64,000 nucleotides of DNA from a virus (taxonomy: Duplodnaviria > Caudoviricetes), in IMG/VR virus record IMGVR_UViG_2802429351_000001, positions 1 to 64,000 of that record; one strand, given 5' to 3'. The notes under the pieces are model-generated. The model searched no databases, had not been told where the DNA came from, and saw only the letters and a program-made list of their open reading frames with translations. Below, piece after piece: positions 20,435 to 29,992 of this stretch; position 1 is the first letter of the stretch, and the number at the start of each line of letters is the position of its first letter. Made by a program: the position numbers and the translations under genes.

Positions 20435-21885
20435 TACAGATACATATAGGTAATAATAATAAGGGTAAACTCATAGGACCCATAAAGAAAATAGAAAAGA
20501 TAAAGAAAAAATTCAAAGTTAGGAATCCTAATGCTTATTTTATTAGATTAAAGGGTAATGTTGATCCAGGTTGGGATGGGATGATAAACTATATAACAGA
20601 TTCAGATTATTTTAAAATAGGCCTTCTACCTTCGATTTATAATTATATAAAGGATAATTTAAATACCAAGGTTGAGATAGTAGATGATAGGCCGGGTTTT
20701 AGTAATATCAAACCGAAATATCCAAATAAAATAGGTGATCTAAAACCAAGACCCTACCAAGAGAATGCTATTAAAAAAGTTATATTTAATAAAATAGAAG
20801 GGGTGAATTTCCCAATAGGGGTTTTAAATATGGCTACTAATGCAGGTAAGACTATGATTATGGCTGGTATCTACTTATCATATAAAAGAAAGATACCAGC
20901 CGTAGTGTTGATAAATGATGGGGATCTATTTGAACAATTTAAAAGGGAGATACCAGAATTACTTGGAGAAAAGGTTGGTTTCGTAAGAGGTAAAGAACAA
21001 AACTGGGAGAACTTTACGGTTATCATGGTTCAAACGGTTTCCCGGAATATATCAAAATATAGAAAAAAATTACACAATTTTGGTATGGTATTAGTGGATG
21101 AAGCGGATTTAGGTACAAGTAAATCCTATACATCTATATTAAATAATTGTTATAATGCCCAAATAAGAATAGGTCTATCAGGTACAATCTACATGAGTAA
21201 ACTCAAAAAACATTTACCTAAACAACAAAACCTTAGAAGTTATTTTGGTGATGAATTATATAAGATATCTAAAAAAGAAATGCAGGATAGAGGTTATTCT
21301 ACTAGGATAATTATTAGACTAGTGAGAGGTAATACGAAAGTACTACCAGGCCTCAAGGACAATAGGGATTGGAAACATGAATACGATAAATTAATAACTT
21401 ATAATGAGGATAGGATATTAACTATAGTTGATAGAATTAGGTGGAATGCAAAGATAGACAGGATACCAATTTTAGTTATAGGTCAATTCCATGCCCATAT
21501 AGAACTTATGTATTCTGTTATAAATAAAAATTTAGGAAAGAAGTATAGAATAGCATATGTACATGGGGGGGTAAATTCTAAAACCAGAATTAAAATTCTC
21601 GAAAATTTTAGGGTAGGTAAGATTGATATATTAATATCCTCATTTATTATTAAAAGGGGTAAGAACCTACCACTAACAAAATTATTAATAAACGGGGCTG
21701 GTTCAGATTCACAGGCAACCGTGTTACAGTTAATGGGTAGGATAGAGAGAAAGGATAAAACTAAAAATAAGGCTTATATGGAGGATCTAATGGATCAAGG
21801 TAAATATATATCCAGGCATTCAAAACATAGGGCTATGTACTATAAAAAGGAAGGTTTAAAAGTAATAGAAAATTATAAAAGGTAG
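20431..21885 (+). CDS. SF2 DNA helicase (UvsW-like)
   Basis: RPYQ, ATNAGKT, DEAD, GLSGT, KRGKNLP, QLMGRIER. Confidence 0.9.
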   Translation: MIQIHIGNNNKGKLIGPIKKIEKIKKKFKVRNPNAYFIRLKGNVDPGWDGMINYITDSDYFKIGLLPSIYNYIKDNLNTKVEIVDDRPGFSNIKPKYPNKIGDLKPRPYQENAIKKVIFNKIEGVNFPIGVLNMATNAGKTMIMAGIYLSYKRKIPAVVLINDGDLFEQFKREIPELLGEKVGFVRGKEQNWENFTVIMVQTVSRNISKYRKKLHNFGMVLVDEADLGTSKSYTSILNNCYNAQIRIGLSGTIYMSKLKKHLPKQQNLRSYFGDELYKISKKEMQDRGYSTRIIIRLVRGNTKVLPGLKDNRDWKHEYDKLITYNEDRILTIVDRIRWNAKIDRIPILVIGQFHAHIELMYSVINKNLGKKYRIAYVHGGVNSKTRIKILENFRVGKIDILISSFIIKRGKNLPLTKLLINGAGSDSQATVLQLMGRIERKDKTKNKAYMEDLMDQGKYISRHSKHRAMYYKKEGLKVIENYKR

Positions 21886-21892
21886 TACTATT
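21886..21892 (+). promoter_or_regulatory. TACTATT box
   Basis: Immediately after the helicase stop, 20 nt before the ATG at 21913. Confidence 0.5.
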
Positions 21893-21912
21893 AACAATAT
21901 AAATAACTAGTA

Positions 21913-22302
21913 ATGGCTAAAAAGAAAAGAAAACCTAGAAAAGCTACTAAAGGAGTTGATATACTTAAACCCATAGATATCAACAAGTTTGGGACAAAAG
22001 ATGATCCTTGTTTTGGTAAGGAATATGATCTTAGTACAGATGAGTGTTCTAGATGCGGTGATTCAGAATTATGTGCAGCAGTATTTGGGCAAACCACATT
22101 AAAGAAAACCCGAGATAAAGTAGAATCAAAAAATAGGTTTAAAGATAAAGAATTATTTGAAGATGATAAAAACCCGGCATTAACCAAATGGGTTAGGGAT
22201 AAAAAAGAGGAGGGTTTAAAAAGGTCTGAGATTATAAAAAAGGCCAAGGCAACATTTGGAAGCACTCGGGAGGAGATAAAGAAAATTTATAAAAATTTAT
22301 AA
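21913..22302 (+). CDS. Hypothetical basic protein with Cys cluster (possible Zn site)
   Basis: PCFG...ECSRC...LC; Lys-rich N-terminus. Confidence 0.6.
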   Translation: MAKKKRKPRKATKGVDILKPIDINKFGTKDDPCFGKEYDLSTDECSRCGDSELCAAVFGQTTLKKTRDKVESKNRFKDKELFEDDKNPALTKWVRDKKEEGLKRSEIIKKAKATFGSTREEIKKIYKNL

Positions 22303-22303
22303 T

Positions 22304-22960
22304 ATGGATTTTGAAAAAATAGGGAAGTTAGATCTAACCTTAGCCCAAATGGTAAAAGGTTATAAAGAAAATATCTTATGGTGTATTAATGAATACCAGG
22401 AGTTATACAAAGAAATATTCTCATCTAGGGATGGTATAAAAAACAGTGAGAATTTTTTTACTGATCTAACCATAAAAAATATATACAAACATTATGGTTT
22501 ATCTACCATATACCTAGCCAACATAATAGAGAGTACTGCATTAAGTATAGATAGCGACCTAATTCAGTATGTCTATAATTATGGTAATGCAAATAATCTC
22601 ACACTACCTTCCAAAAACCAGGGTGTATTTATAGTGTTGGGGGATTATATGAATCAGATAAAGTTACTTAAACAAGAAGTTTTCCCTAATTCCGGGTATA
22701 GTATAAATAGCCGAAAATATAAACCCATAAATATTACACAGGATAGAGTAGATTTTTGTAAGATCAAAGTAGTTGATAACCTTATATTCTTAGAAATGTT
22801 TTTTAAAGATTTAAAAAGAACCGAAAACAAGGATATCCATTACGATTATTTAATAGAAAGTTTATTACTATTAATATACATTGCAGATATCATTAATATA
22901 GACAAAGAAATAGCACTAGATGAAACCCACGATAACCAACAATTACTGTTTGAATTTTAA
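22304..22960 (+). CDS. All-helical protein, possibly a divergent dimeric dUTPase/dCTPase
   Basis: Helical pattern and position before the TS genes; canonical motifs not clearly visible. Confidence 0.3.
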   Translation: MDFEKIGKLDLTLAQMVKGYKENILWCINEYQELYKEIFSSRDGIKNSENFFTDLTIKNIYKHYGLSTIYLANIIESTALSIDSDLIQYVYNYGNANNLTLPSKNQGVFIVLGDYMNQIKLLKQEVFPNSGYSINSRKYKPINITQDRVDFCKIKVVDNLIFLEMFFKDLKRTENKDIHYDYLIESLLLLIYIADIINIDKEIALDETHDNQQLLFEF

Positions 22961-23720
22961 AACAAGCCAAGAAGCTTGGGAAGGATTAAATGCTTTCTTT
23001 TTAAACAAATCCGAATTTATATTCAATAAAGGTTTAGGTGCTTTCGTTAGTGGCCAAGTTGTAATGTATGATGTAGATGTAAAAATTGAAGAACCAAAAG
23101 TATCCCCCGATTTTGATTTTGGTAATACTTTTGGATACCGTAAACAAAAATGGTCGGGGCTGGTAAATAATTACCTAGACCAAGAATCACTTGGGAATTT
23201 TATAGGTAGGGTATTAGAAGCTGAGAATATTAAAAAACAAAAGAATTATAATATCTCTATGGCTTTCTCAAATAATCACGACCATGGTAAAAATTGTTTA
23301 TTAAGTCTTACAGCTATACGTAGAAATATGTATGAACTACCTATCTTAAATTTTACACTAAGATCATCTGAGATTACCAAAAGACTATTAATGGACCTAT
23401 TACTTATACAAAGAATAGGGGAAGAGATATATCCAAACTTTACCATTAATATGAAGGTAATTAATATGTACCAGGACCCAGAAGCATTCTGTATGTTCGA
23501 CAGTTTCAAACCTATAAAATCAATCTTAGAAATAGAATGTAAGAAAACACATTACCAAAAGAAAATAACCCGGATATTAAGAAAATTTAAAACAGTTGAT
23601 ATAAAAGAAATAAAATACAAGGTCCACAAAAGATGTGTAAGGCAATTACAAAGACCAAATGGAATACCCTTATCAGGTGATAGACCAATGTATGCAAAAG
23701 AATTAAAACTACCTAAATAA
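22920..23720 (+). CDS. Thymidylate-synthase-fold protein 1 (divergent)
   Basis: KNCLLSL (catalytic Cys position), LRSSEITKRLLMD. Confidence 0.7.
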   Translation: MKPTITNNYCLNFKTSQEAWEGLNAFFLNKSEFIFNKGLGAFVSGQVVMYDVDVKIEEPKVSPDFDFGNTFGYRKQKWSGLVNNYLDQESLGNFIGRVLEAENIKKQKNYNISMAFSNNHDHGKNCLLSLTAIRRNMYELPILNFTLRSSEITKRLLMDLLLIQRIGEEIYPNFTINMKVINMYQDPEAFCMFDSFKPIKSILEIECKKTHYQKKITRILRKFKTVDIKEIKYKVHKRCVRQLQRPNGIPLSGDRPMYAKELKLPK

Positions 23721-24532
23721 TGAAAACAAGGACAGTACAAATACAATTGTATAATACTATAGATTTTTTAGTAAAGTATGGGAATGAGGTAAAATCAGGT
23801 ACATGGCAAGCCAATAAAGATTTCTCTAATGAGATCATGTTGGTTCAAAGAAATTTACAAATGGTTGTACCTTGTGGTGATGGATTAGACCTTAATAAAA
23901 TATGGGCTGATCAACCATGGGCAGAGGACCATTTTAATGAAAGGGTTGGGGGTATACCTACTAACCCTGGGGAGACATATAAATATTGGCCATACGCTAA
24001 TTTCAAAGAGGGTGATGATCCCTACCAAGATGGCAAGGTATTTAGTCATACCTATCAAGAAAGGTTTTGGCCAAGGATTAGTAAAATTTTCCAATATCAA
24101 TTAGAACCCCCAAAATTTGGTAGTGAATTGGTAAAACCAAAAGGTATAAGATATAAATATGGCGATTTACAAGATGTAATAAACCAACTAAAGGAAAACC
24201 CATTAACCAGGCAAGCTTATTTACCCATCTTTTTTCCAGAGGATACTGGGGCTGTTCATAAACAAAGGGTACCATGTACTTTAGGTTATTATTTTTGGAT
24301 AGAAAATAATAAACTATACATGAATTACATTATTAGAAGCTGCGATGCTCTTAGACACTTTAGAAATGACGTATATCTAACAATTAGACTATTACAATAT
24401 GTAGCAGAGAAATTAAATATTGGTTTAGGTGATACTACTTTTTATATCTTTAATTTCCATGTTTTCAAGAATGATTTATATGCTTTAAATAAAAGAGAAA
24501 AAAAGATATGTCAAGAACTAACAATAGGATAA
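23720..24532 (+). CDS. Thymidylate-synthase-fold protein 2, dCMP hydroxymethylase/methylase-like
   Basis: LKENPLTRQA, VPCTLGY.F, IRSCDALRHFRNDVY (compare T4 gp42 RSND..FGFRND), NFHVF. Confidence 0.8.
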   Translation: MKTRTVQIQLYNTIDFLVKYGNEVKSGTWQANKDFSNEIMLVQRNLQMVVPCGDGLDLNKIWADQPWAEDHFNERVGGIPTNPGETYKYWPYANFKEGDDPYQDGKVFSHTYQERFWPRISKIFQYQLEPPKFGSELVKPKGIRYKYGDLQDVINQLKENPLTRQAYLPIFFPEDTGAVHKQRVPCTLGYYFWIENNKLYMNYIIRSCDALRHFRNDVYLTIRLLQYVAEKLNIGLGDTTFYIFNFHVFKNDLYALNKREKKICQELTIG

Positions 24533-24936
24533 GTAGGGAAAATATGTTTATAGAGATCCTACAAACAATATCTAAAAGATCTACATGCCCCAGAAAACAA
24601 GTTGGGGCTATTTTAGTTAAAGAGAACAGGGTTATAGCTATGGGTTATAATGGGGTATTACCCGGGGTAAAGCCCGAAGAGGGTATAGACCATATAACTG
24701 GTGTTAGTAAAACCGTACATGCCGAGGCCAATATAATTTCATTTTGTGCTAAACATGGAATAGCAACCGCAGATTCAGAATTATACATAACCTTATCACC
24801 TTGCGTAAAATGTGCTGAGTTAATAGTTCAAGCCGGTATAAATAAGGTAAATTATATAGAACAGTATAGGGATACTTCTGGCCTAGAATTATTAACTAAA
24901 CAAAATATACAAATATGCCAAGTAAGTTTAAAATAA
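24508..24936 (+). CDS. dCMP deaminase
   Basis: STCPRKQVGAILV, GYNG, HAEAN, LSPCVKC. Confidence 0.92.
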   Translation: MSRTNNRISRENMFIEILQTISKRSTCPRKQVGAILVKENRVIAMGYNGVLPGVKPEEGIDHITGVSKTVHAEANIISFCAKHGIATADSELYITLSPCVKCAELIVQAGINKVNYIEQYRDTSGLELLTKQNIQICQVSLK

Positions 24937-27158
24937 TAAGAACTAAATCTACATTAAAAAGGGTTATTAGATATTGTAAACAAACTGGTTATGCTTGTGT
25001 CGATTTTGAAACCAATGCTTTACCTATAAACCATCCTTTATTTTACCCAACCGTACTCGGTATCACTTTTCAACCTGGTTCTTCATATGTATTACCGCTA
25101 GCACACTTTGATTCACCTTTTAAAAAATCTTGGCCAAAACTATTTAAATTATTTTGTAAGGAGGTAATAGAAAATCCTGAAATTATAAAGGTAGCCCAAA
25201 ATGCTAAATTTGAATATAAAATATTCTTAAAATATGGTTATGAGATAAAAGGTAGGATATTTGATACCATGTTAGCTAAATATCTTTTAGATGAAGAAAA
25301 ACCAATGGGTTTAAAACCTATGGTAAACAATTTTATACCAGAATACGCAGGATATGAGGAAGATTATGATGGTGCTAAATTACCTTGGGATCAAAAACCC
25401 TTAAAAGGTTTATCAGAATATTGTGGGTTAGATACTGACCTTACTTTAAGATTAATGTTTTTCTATGAGGATAAACTTATAAAAAATAATCTATATTCTT
25501 TATTCCGTAATATGTTGATGATGGGTGTTAGGGTATTAGGTGATTCTGAATACGGAGGTATGGATGTAGATATACCTTACCTAGATAACCTTATTATAGA
25601 ATATGAGAATTACCTAGAGGAAAATGATAAAAAAATTAGGAATACTAAAACCCTTAATAAATTCCAAAAATGGTTAGATCAAAGCAGGATTAATAAATTA
25701 ATGGACAAGGTTGTTCAGGAAATAGAAGAGGTAGAAGAAGAGGTAGAAGAAATCAAGGCCGAAATAAAAAGGCTAAAGAAAAAGGTTAAGAAGAAAAAAC
25801 ATAAAGGGGCTTTAGAATTAATACATAAAAATGAGGTTGTATTAAGACGTAAAGAAAAATCTATAAGAACCAGAGAAGATAAAATAGATAGGTATAGGGC
25901 TAGGGAGATGTCTACTAAAACAGAGGTTAAATGTTTAGAACCTATAAACTTTAATTCCTCAAACCAAATGGTGGATTTATTCTTTACATCACCCCAAGGT
26001 TTTCAATTTGATATTATAAAATACACAGTTGATAAGAAAACTAAAAAAGAAAGTGATAGACCTTCTACAGATGAAGAGGTACTAGAACAATTAAAACCTT
26101 TAGATAAATCTGGTTTTGTAGAAGGTTTATTAAGACATAGGGAATTAAGTAAACTATATTCTACTTATATAAAAGGTATTCGTGATAAATGCATTGATGG
26201 TAAAGTACATGCTAGGTTCTTATTAGAGGGGACGGTTACAGGTAGATTAAGTAGTCAAAACCCCAATTTACAAAATATACCTAGGGATACAACTGCTAAG
26301 GATATAAAGAAAATGTTTGTACCTCCAAAGGGTTATTATCTATTACAATTGGATTATTCACAGGCCGAATTAAGGGTAATGGCTGCACAGGCCGGGGAAG
26401 AAACCATGATCCGGTGGTTTAAAGAAGGAAAAGATATTCACCTTACCACCGCCTTAAAAATGTATAGGCAAGAAGAAAGGTATGATGAAATATTTGAGGT
26501 ATTAGAAAAAGAAGATAAAAAGGACCCAAGGTATACTGAGTGGAAGGTTAGAAGGAAATATGCTAAAACTATTAACTTTGGTATAATATATGGACAGGGG
26601 GTTCCTAAATTGGCTAACTCATTAGGCTGGACTATAGAGGAGGCTCAAACATTCTTAAATGAATATTTTGATACTTTCCCAAAAATTAGAGAATTTATCA
26701 AGCAACAACATAAAATTGCACACCGGGATGCTTTTGTAAGAAATGTATTTGGTAGAAAACGTAGATTACCTAAAATTGATTCATATGAGAAATGGGAAGT
26801 TGCCGAAGCTGAAAGACAATCGGTGAACGCACCAATCCAAGGGGCTGCTTCAGACTACACCCTATTCTCTTCAATTATAATTTGGGAAGAAGTAAGGAAA
26901 AAAAATATACCTATATATAAACCACAGGTATATACAGTACATGATTCCTTGGGTTATTATGTTAGGGCCGAAGATATACATGATGTAGTTCCTAAATTAG
27001 AAAAGATTTGTGCAAACCCTGAAACTATGGAATGGTTCAATTTTCAAATTGACGATGTTACTATGAAAGTAGATTTTGAGCTAAGTAGTATCAGTTGGCA
27101 AGCTTTAAAAACTTATGATCCAAAGATTGACTATACTAAACAAATTGGACTATTATAA
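24915..27158 (+). CDS. polA: Family A DNA polymerase with 3'-5' exonuclease
   Basis: DFET, QNAKFE, DTML, YCGLD, TGRLSSQNPNLQNIP, DYSQAELR, RKYAKTINFGIIYG, VHDS. Confidence 0.95.
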   Translation: MPSKFKIIRTKSTLKRVIRYCKQTGYACVDFETNALPINHPLFYPTVLGITFQPGSSYVLPLAHFDSPFKKSWPKLFKLFCKEVIENPEIIKVAQNAKFEYKIFLKYGYEIKGRIFDTMLAKYLLDEEKPMGLKPMVNNFIPEYAGYEEDYDGAKLPWDQKPLKGLSEYCGLDTDLTLRLMFFYEDKLIKNNLYSLFRNMLMMGVRVLGDSEYGGMDVDIPYLDNLIIEYENYLEENDKKIRNTKTLNKFQKWLDQSRINKLMDKVVQEIEEVEEEVEEIKAEIKRLKKKVKKKKHKGALELIHKNEVVLRRKEKSIRTREDKIDRYRAREMSTKTEVKCLEPINFNSSNQMVDLFFTSPQGFQFDIIKYTVDKKTKKESDRPSTDEEVLEQLKPLDKSGFVEGLLRHRELSKLYSTYIKGIRDKCIDGKVHARFLLEGTVTGRLSSQNPNLQNIPRDTTAKDIKKMFVPPKGYYLLQLDYSQAELRVMAAQAGEETMIRWFKEGKDIHLTTALKMYRQEERYDEIFEVLEKEDKKDPRYTEWKVRRKYAKTINFGIIYGQGVPKLANSLGWTIEEAQTFLNEYFDTFPKIREFIKQQHKIAHRDAFVRNVFGRKRRLPKIDSYEKWEVAEAERQSVNAPIQGAASDYTLFSSIIIWEEVRKKNIPIYKPQVYTVHDSLGYYVRAEDIHDVVPKLEKICANPETMEWFNFQIDDVTMKVDFELSSISWQALKTYDPKIDYTKQIGLL

Positions 27159-27172
27159 ATCAAATTAAGACA

Positions 27173-27643
27173 ATGAGGAAAAAACTTGATAAGTATATTA
27201 AAAAATCCGATTTAATGAATATATCATTAAAAGTGGGAGGGGAAAAATTTGCATTTAATCTATATGATGAATTAAGGATAGATGTAAATAGGATGACCGA
27301 AGAAATAAAAGAACAACCAAGTTATTATTCATTCCTTTGTTTATTATTAGTTAAACTAGAAACCTTAGAAGATGATAGGGAGATGGAATTTGAAAAGGTT
27401 AAAGCTGAATTAACCATAAAATACAAAGAGGAGACTGACCCCTTAACACATAAACCCTATAATAATGATGTGGCTAAGGCTAAGGTTATTGCCAACCCTA
27501 AATATAAAGCATACTTTAAAAAATATTCAAAAGCTAAAACCAATAAAGGTATAGTAAAATCTGCGGTAAAAGCTTTTGAACATAGGCAAGGTTTACTACA
27601 AACACTTTCCGCTAATGTTAGAAATGAAAGAAATAACATTTAA
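27173..27643 (+). CDS. UvsY-like recombination mediator
   Basis: Helical, ends LLQTLSANVR; located near SSB and RecA. Confidence 0.5.
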   Translation: MRKKLDKYIKKSDLMNISLKVGGEKFAFNLYDELRIDVNRMTEEIKEQPSYYSFLCLLLVKLETLEDDREMEFEKVKAELTIKYKEETDPLTHKPYNNDVAKAKVIANPKYKAYFKKYSKAKTNKGIVKSAVKAFEHRQGLLQTLSANVRNERNNI

Positions 27644-27654
27644 AATTCAATATT

Positions 27655-28029
27655 ATGAGAAAAATGGAAATAATGCTTAAAGATGATTTTGAGGTAGTTG
27701 AAGATGGTGCTACTTATATAGTACCTATTTATAAGGCTACCTCAGAAGGTTTAAAAGAGGTTATGGATACCGGTAAAAAGGATGACCCTTTTCAAAACCA
27801 AATTATTAATTTTGTTAGGGCAGAAAATAACCTTAACTCTGCTAACGTAGGTACATTACATGAACACCTTTTAAAGGTTATGATTTATGATCTTAAAATA
27901 AAGAATCAACATGTAAGGTCAAGGGAAACATATATAGCTATTACCAAAATGGAAGAAGCTTATAATGTTTTGCTTCAAAGGCAAATAGATAGGACTGATA
28001 GAGAAGTAATAGGAACAACAGAAGAATAA
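27655..28029 (+). CDS. Tad1-like anti-defence nucleotide-signal sponge
   Basis: INF..AE....G.LHEHLLKVM..DLK.......SRETYIAITKMEEAY..L..RQIDR.DREVIGT matches the Tad1 pattern IKFQKG...G....DLL.I..DRL.......SRENA.ALTH.EEAL.W...R..DR..R.V.GT (recalled). Confidence 0.7.
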   Translation: MRKMEIMLKDDFEVVEDGATYIVPIYKATSEGLKEVMDTGKKDDPFQNQIINFVRAENNLNSANVGTLHEHLLKVMIYDLKIKNQHVRSRETYIAITKMEEAYNVLLQRQIDRTDREVIGTTEE

Positions 28030-28041
28030 ATATAAATTATT

Positions 28042-28854
28042 ATGGCAGTAAAGAAAAAAAAGAAAGCTACCGTTAAAAGTAAAAAAGGGTCAGCTAAATC
28101 TACAACCAAAAAATCTTTAAGACAAAGGTTAAAAGAAAAAAAGGAAGACCTTAAAAAAAGAGGTCAACATAGTATAATCTTTAGACAAAAGGATGAAGGT
28201 ACTTTAAGGGTAAGAATATTACCGGTTGGTGAAGATAACGAATTTGTTCAAGAAGTTATGCAATTCTGGCTAAACAAAGAAGGTTCGGTTACTTCACCAG
28301 CTTCATTTGGTGAACCTTGTGCTATCTATGAAAAATATCAAGAACTAAAAGATTCCAAAGATGAGGCTGATTTAGAAATTGCTAAAAAATTACAACCTAG
28401 GAATAAATTCTTAATGCCGGTTCTAGTATATGAAGATCAAAAAGGTAAAAAAGTAGATACCACTAATAGTGGTAAATTACTACAAATTACCGGGGGTCTT
28501 TACCAGGAGATATTAGATCTTTATTTAGATGAAGATGAATGGGGGGATATGACCGACCCATTAAAAGGGTATGACCTTAAAATAACCAGAGAAGGTAAAG
28601 GTAAAAATGACACCAGCTACACTGTTCAACCTTGTAAGAATAGTAAACTTCCAAAGGAATACCGTAAGGAAATAGATTTAAGAAAATTGGTAGAAGAAGA
28701 AATGGATTCCTATGAAGATACCGAGAAAAAACTTAATTCTTTTATGGGGGCAGCCTTCGATGATGATGATGATGATGACGATGATAAACCTAAAAAGAAG
28801 AAAGGTAAAAAATCCAAAAAGGTAAAAAAGAAAAAAAGAGGTAAAGACATATAA
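28042..28854 (+). CDS. Single-stranded DNA-binding protein (gp32-like)
   Basis: LRVRILP, PCAI, DMTDPLKGYDLKITREG.G..TSY.V, acidic C-terminal tract. Confidence 0.8.
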   Translation: MAVKKKKKATVKSKKGSAKSTTKKSLRQRLKEKKEDLKKRGQHSIIFRQKDEGTLRVRILPVGEDNEFVQEVMQFWLNKEGSVTSPASFGEPCAIYEKYQELKDSKDEADLEIAKKLQPRNKFLMPVLVYEDQKGKKVDTTNSGKLLQITGGLYQEILDLYLDEDEWGDMTDPLKGYDLKITREGKGKNDTSYTVQPCKNSKLPKEYRKEIDLRKLVEEEMDSYEDTEKKLNSFMGAAFDDDDDDDDDKPKKKKGKKSKKVKKKKRGKDI

Positions 28855-28857
28855 TAT

Positions 28858-29991
28858 ATGGCAAAGAAGAAAAAGAAATTAAAGGTATCATCTAGATCGG
28901 CCCTACGTAAAAAATACGTGGGGTCTGATACCGCTTCTAATATTGTAGTAGCGGCGGAAGATATGCTATGGTTACCAAGTAGGTTTATTGCCTTAAATGA
29001 TTTATTGGGTGGGGGGATACCATTCGGTAAAATACTTGAAATATTCGGTGAAGAATCGTCAGGTAAATCCTTATTAGCTTATGATTTTGCATATTGTTGC
29101 CAAAGGTTAGGGGGTGTAGTAATGTGGAATGATGCTGAACATGCTTTCACTGAATCTTGGGCTTTACAGAATGGTTTGGATTTAGATATGGTAGAATTGT
29201 ATACCAATAAATCTATTGAAAACCTAGCTGACTGGGCTATGGATATGGCTATATCAATTAGGCAGGAACTAGTAAATAATGAACCTATACTTTTGGTTGT
29301 AGATTCTATTGCTGCCATGGATTGTCTTGAGAATTTAGAATCACACCATATTGATGCAAAAGCTGAAATGGGAAATAGAGCTAAGGCTTTCGATAAATTA
29401 TTTAGAACCCGAAATAATATTTGGGAAAAATTAGGGGTAGCAGTATTAGCTATCAACCAATTAAGGTCTAAGATAGGGGCATCCCAATTCCAAGATCCTG
29501 ATACAACCCCCGGGGGGAAAGCTACAAAGTTCTATGCTTCTCAAAGATTAGGCGTTTATGGTGGTAAACAAATTAAAGGTAAAGTAAGGGGTCAAGAAGA
29601 TAGGGTTGGTAGAGAGACTTCTATTAGGGTTAAGAAAAATAAAGTAGCCCCACCTAAACCTACTATCAAAGGAGCTCAGGTTTATTTCAACCCAGATTAT
29701 AAGGAACCCATTGGTTTTAGTAAATATTATGGTTTACCTGATATATTATTAAGGCATGAGGTTTTAACCAAAGCTAAGGGGGCTTCTAAATATATGATGG
29801 GTGATAAAATGGTAGCTAGAGGAGAACCGAGTTTATTGAAAAAACTTCAAACTGATGATAAGTTTAGAAGTAAAATGATTCGTAAATCTGGTGTTAATAC
29901 TATTAGTAGAACAAGGAATAAGATGAAAAAATTAGGGCGTGATATGTTCGATGTTTCAAATTTAACTAAAGAAGATTTACAAAAAGATTAG
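28858..29991 (+). CDS. recA: RecA/UvsX recombinase
   Basis: LGGGIPFGKILEIFGEESSGKS, VVDSIAA, INQLRSKIG, TTPGGKATKFYASQRL, KKNKVAPP. Confidence 0.95.
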   Translation: MAKKKKKLKVSSRSALRKKYVGSDTASNIVVAAEDMLWLPSRFIALNDLLGGGIPFGKILEIFGEESSGKSLLAYDFAYCCQRLGGVVMWNDAEHAFTESWALQNGLDLDMVELYTNKSIENLADWAMDMAISIRQELVNNEPILLVVDSIAAMDCLENLESHHIDAKAEMGNRAKAFDKLFRTRNNIWEKLGVAVLAINQLRSKIGASQFQDPDTTPGGKATKFYASQRLGVYGGKQIKGKVRGQEDRVGRETSIRVKKNKVAPPKPTIKGAQVYFNPDYKEPIGFSKYYGLPDILLRHEVLTKAKGASKYMMGDKMVARGEPSLLKKLQTDDKFRSKMIRKSGVNTISRTRNKMKKLGRDMFDVSNLTKEDLQKD

Positions 29992-29992
29992 T

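Noticed and set aside
24915-27158. Intein, intron or homing endonuclease in polA or other core genes
   Set aside because: All motifs lie in one ORF of normal length; no intein N-terminal Cys/C-terminal His-Asn, LAGLIDADG or HNH signatures.
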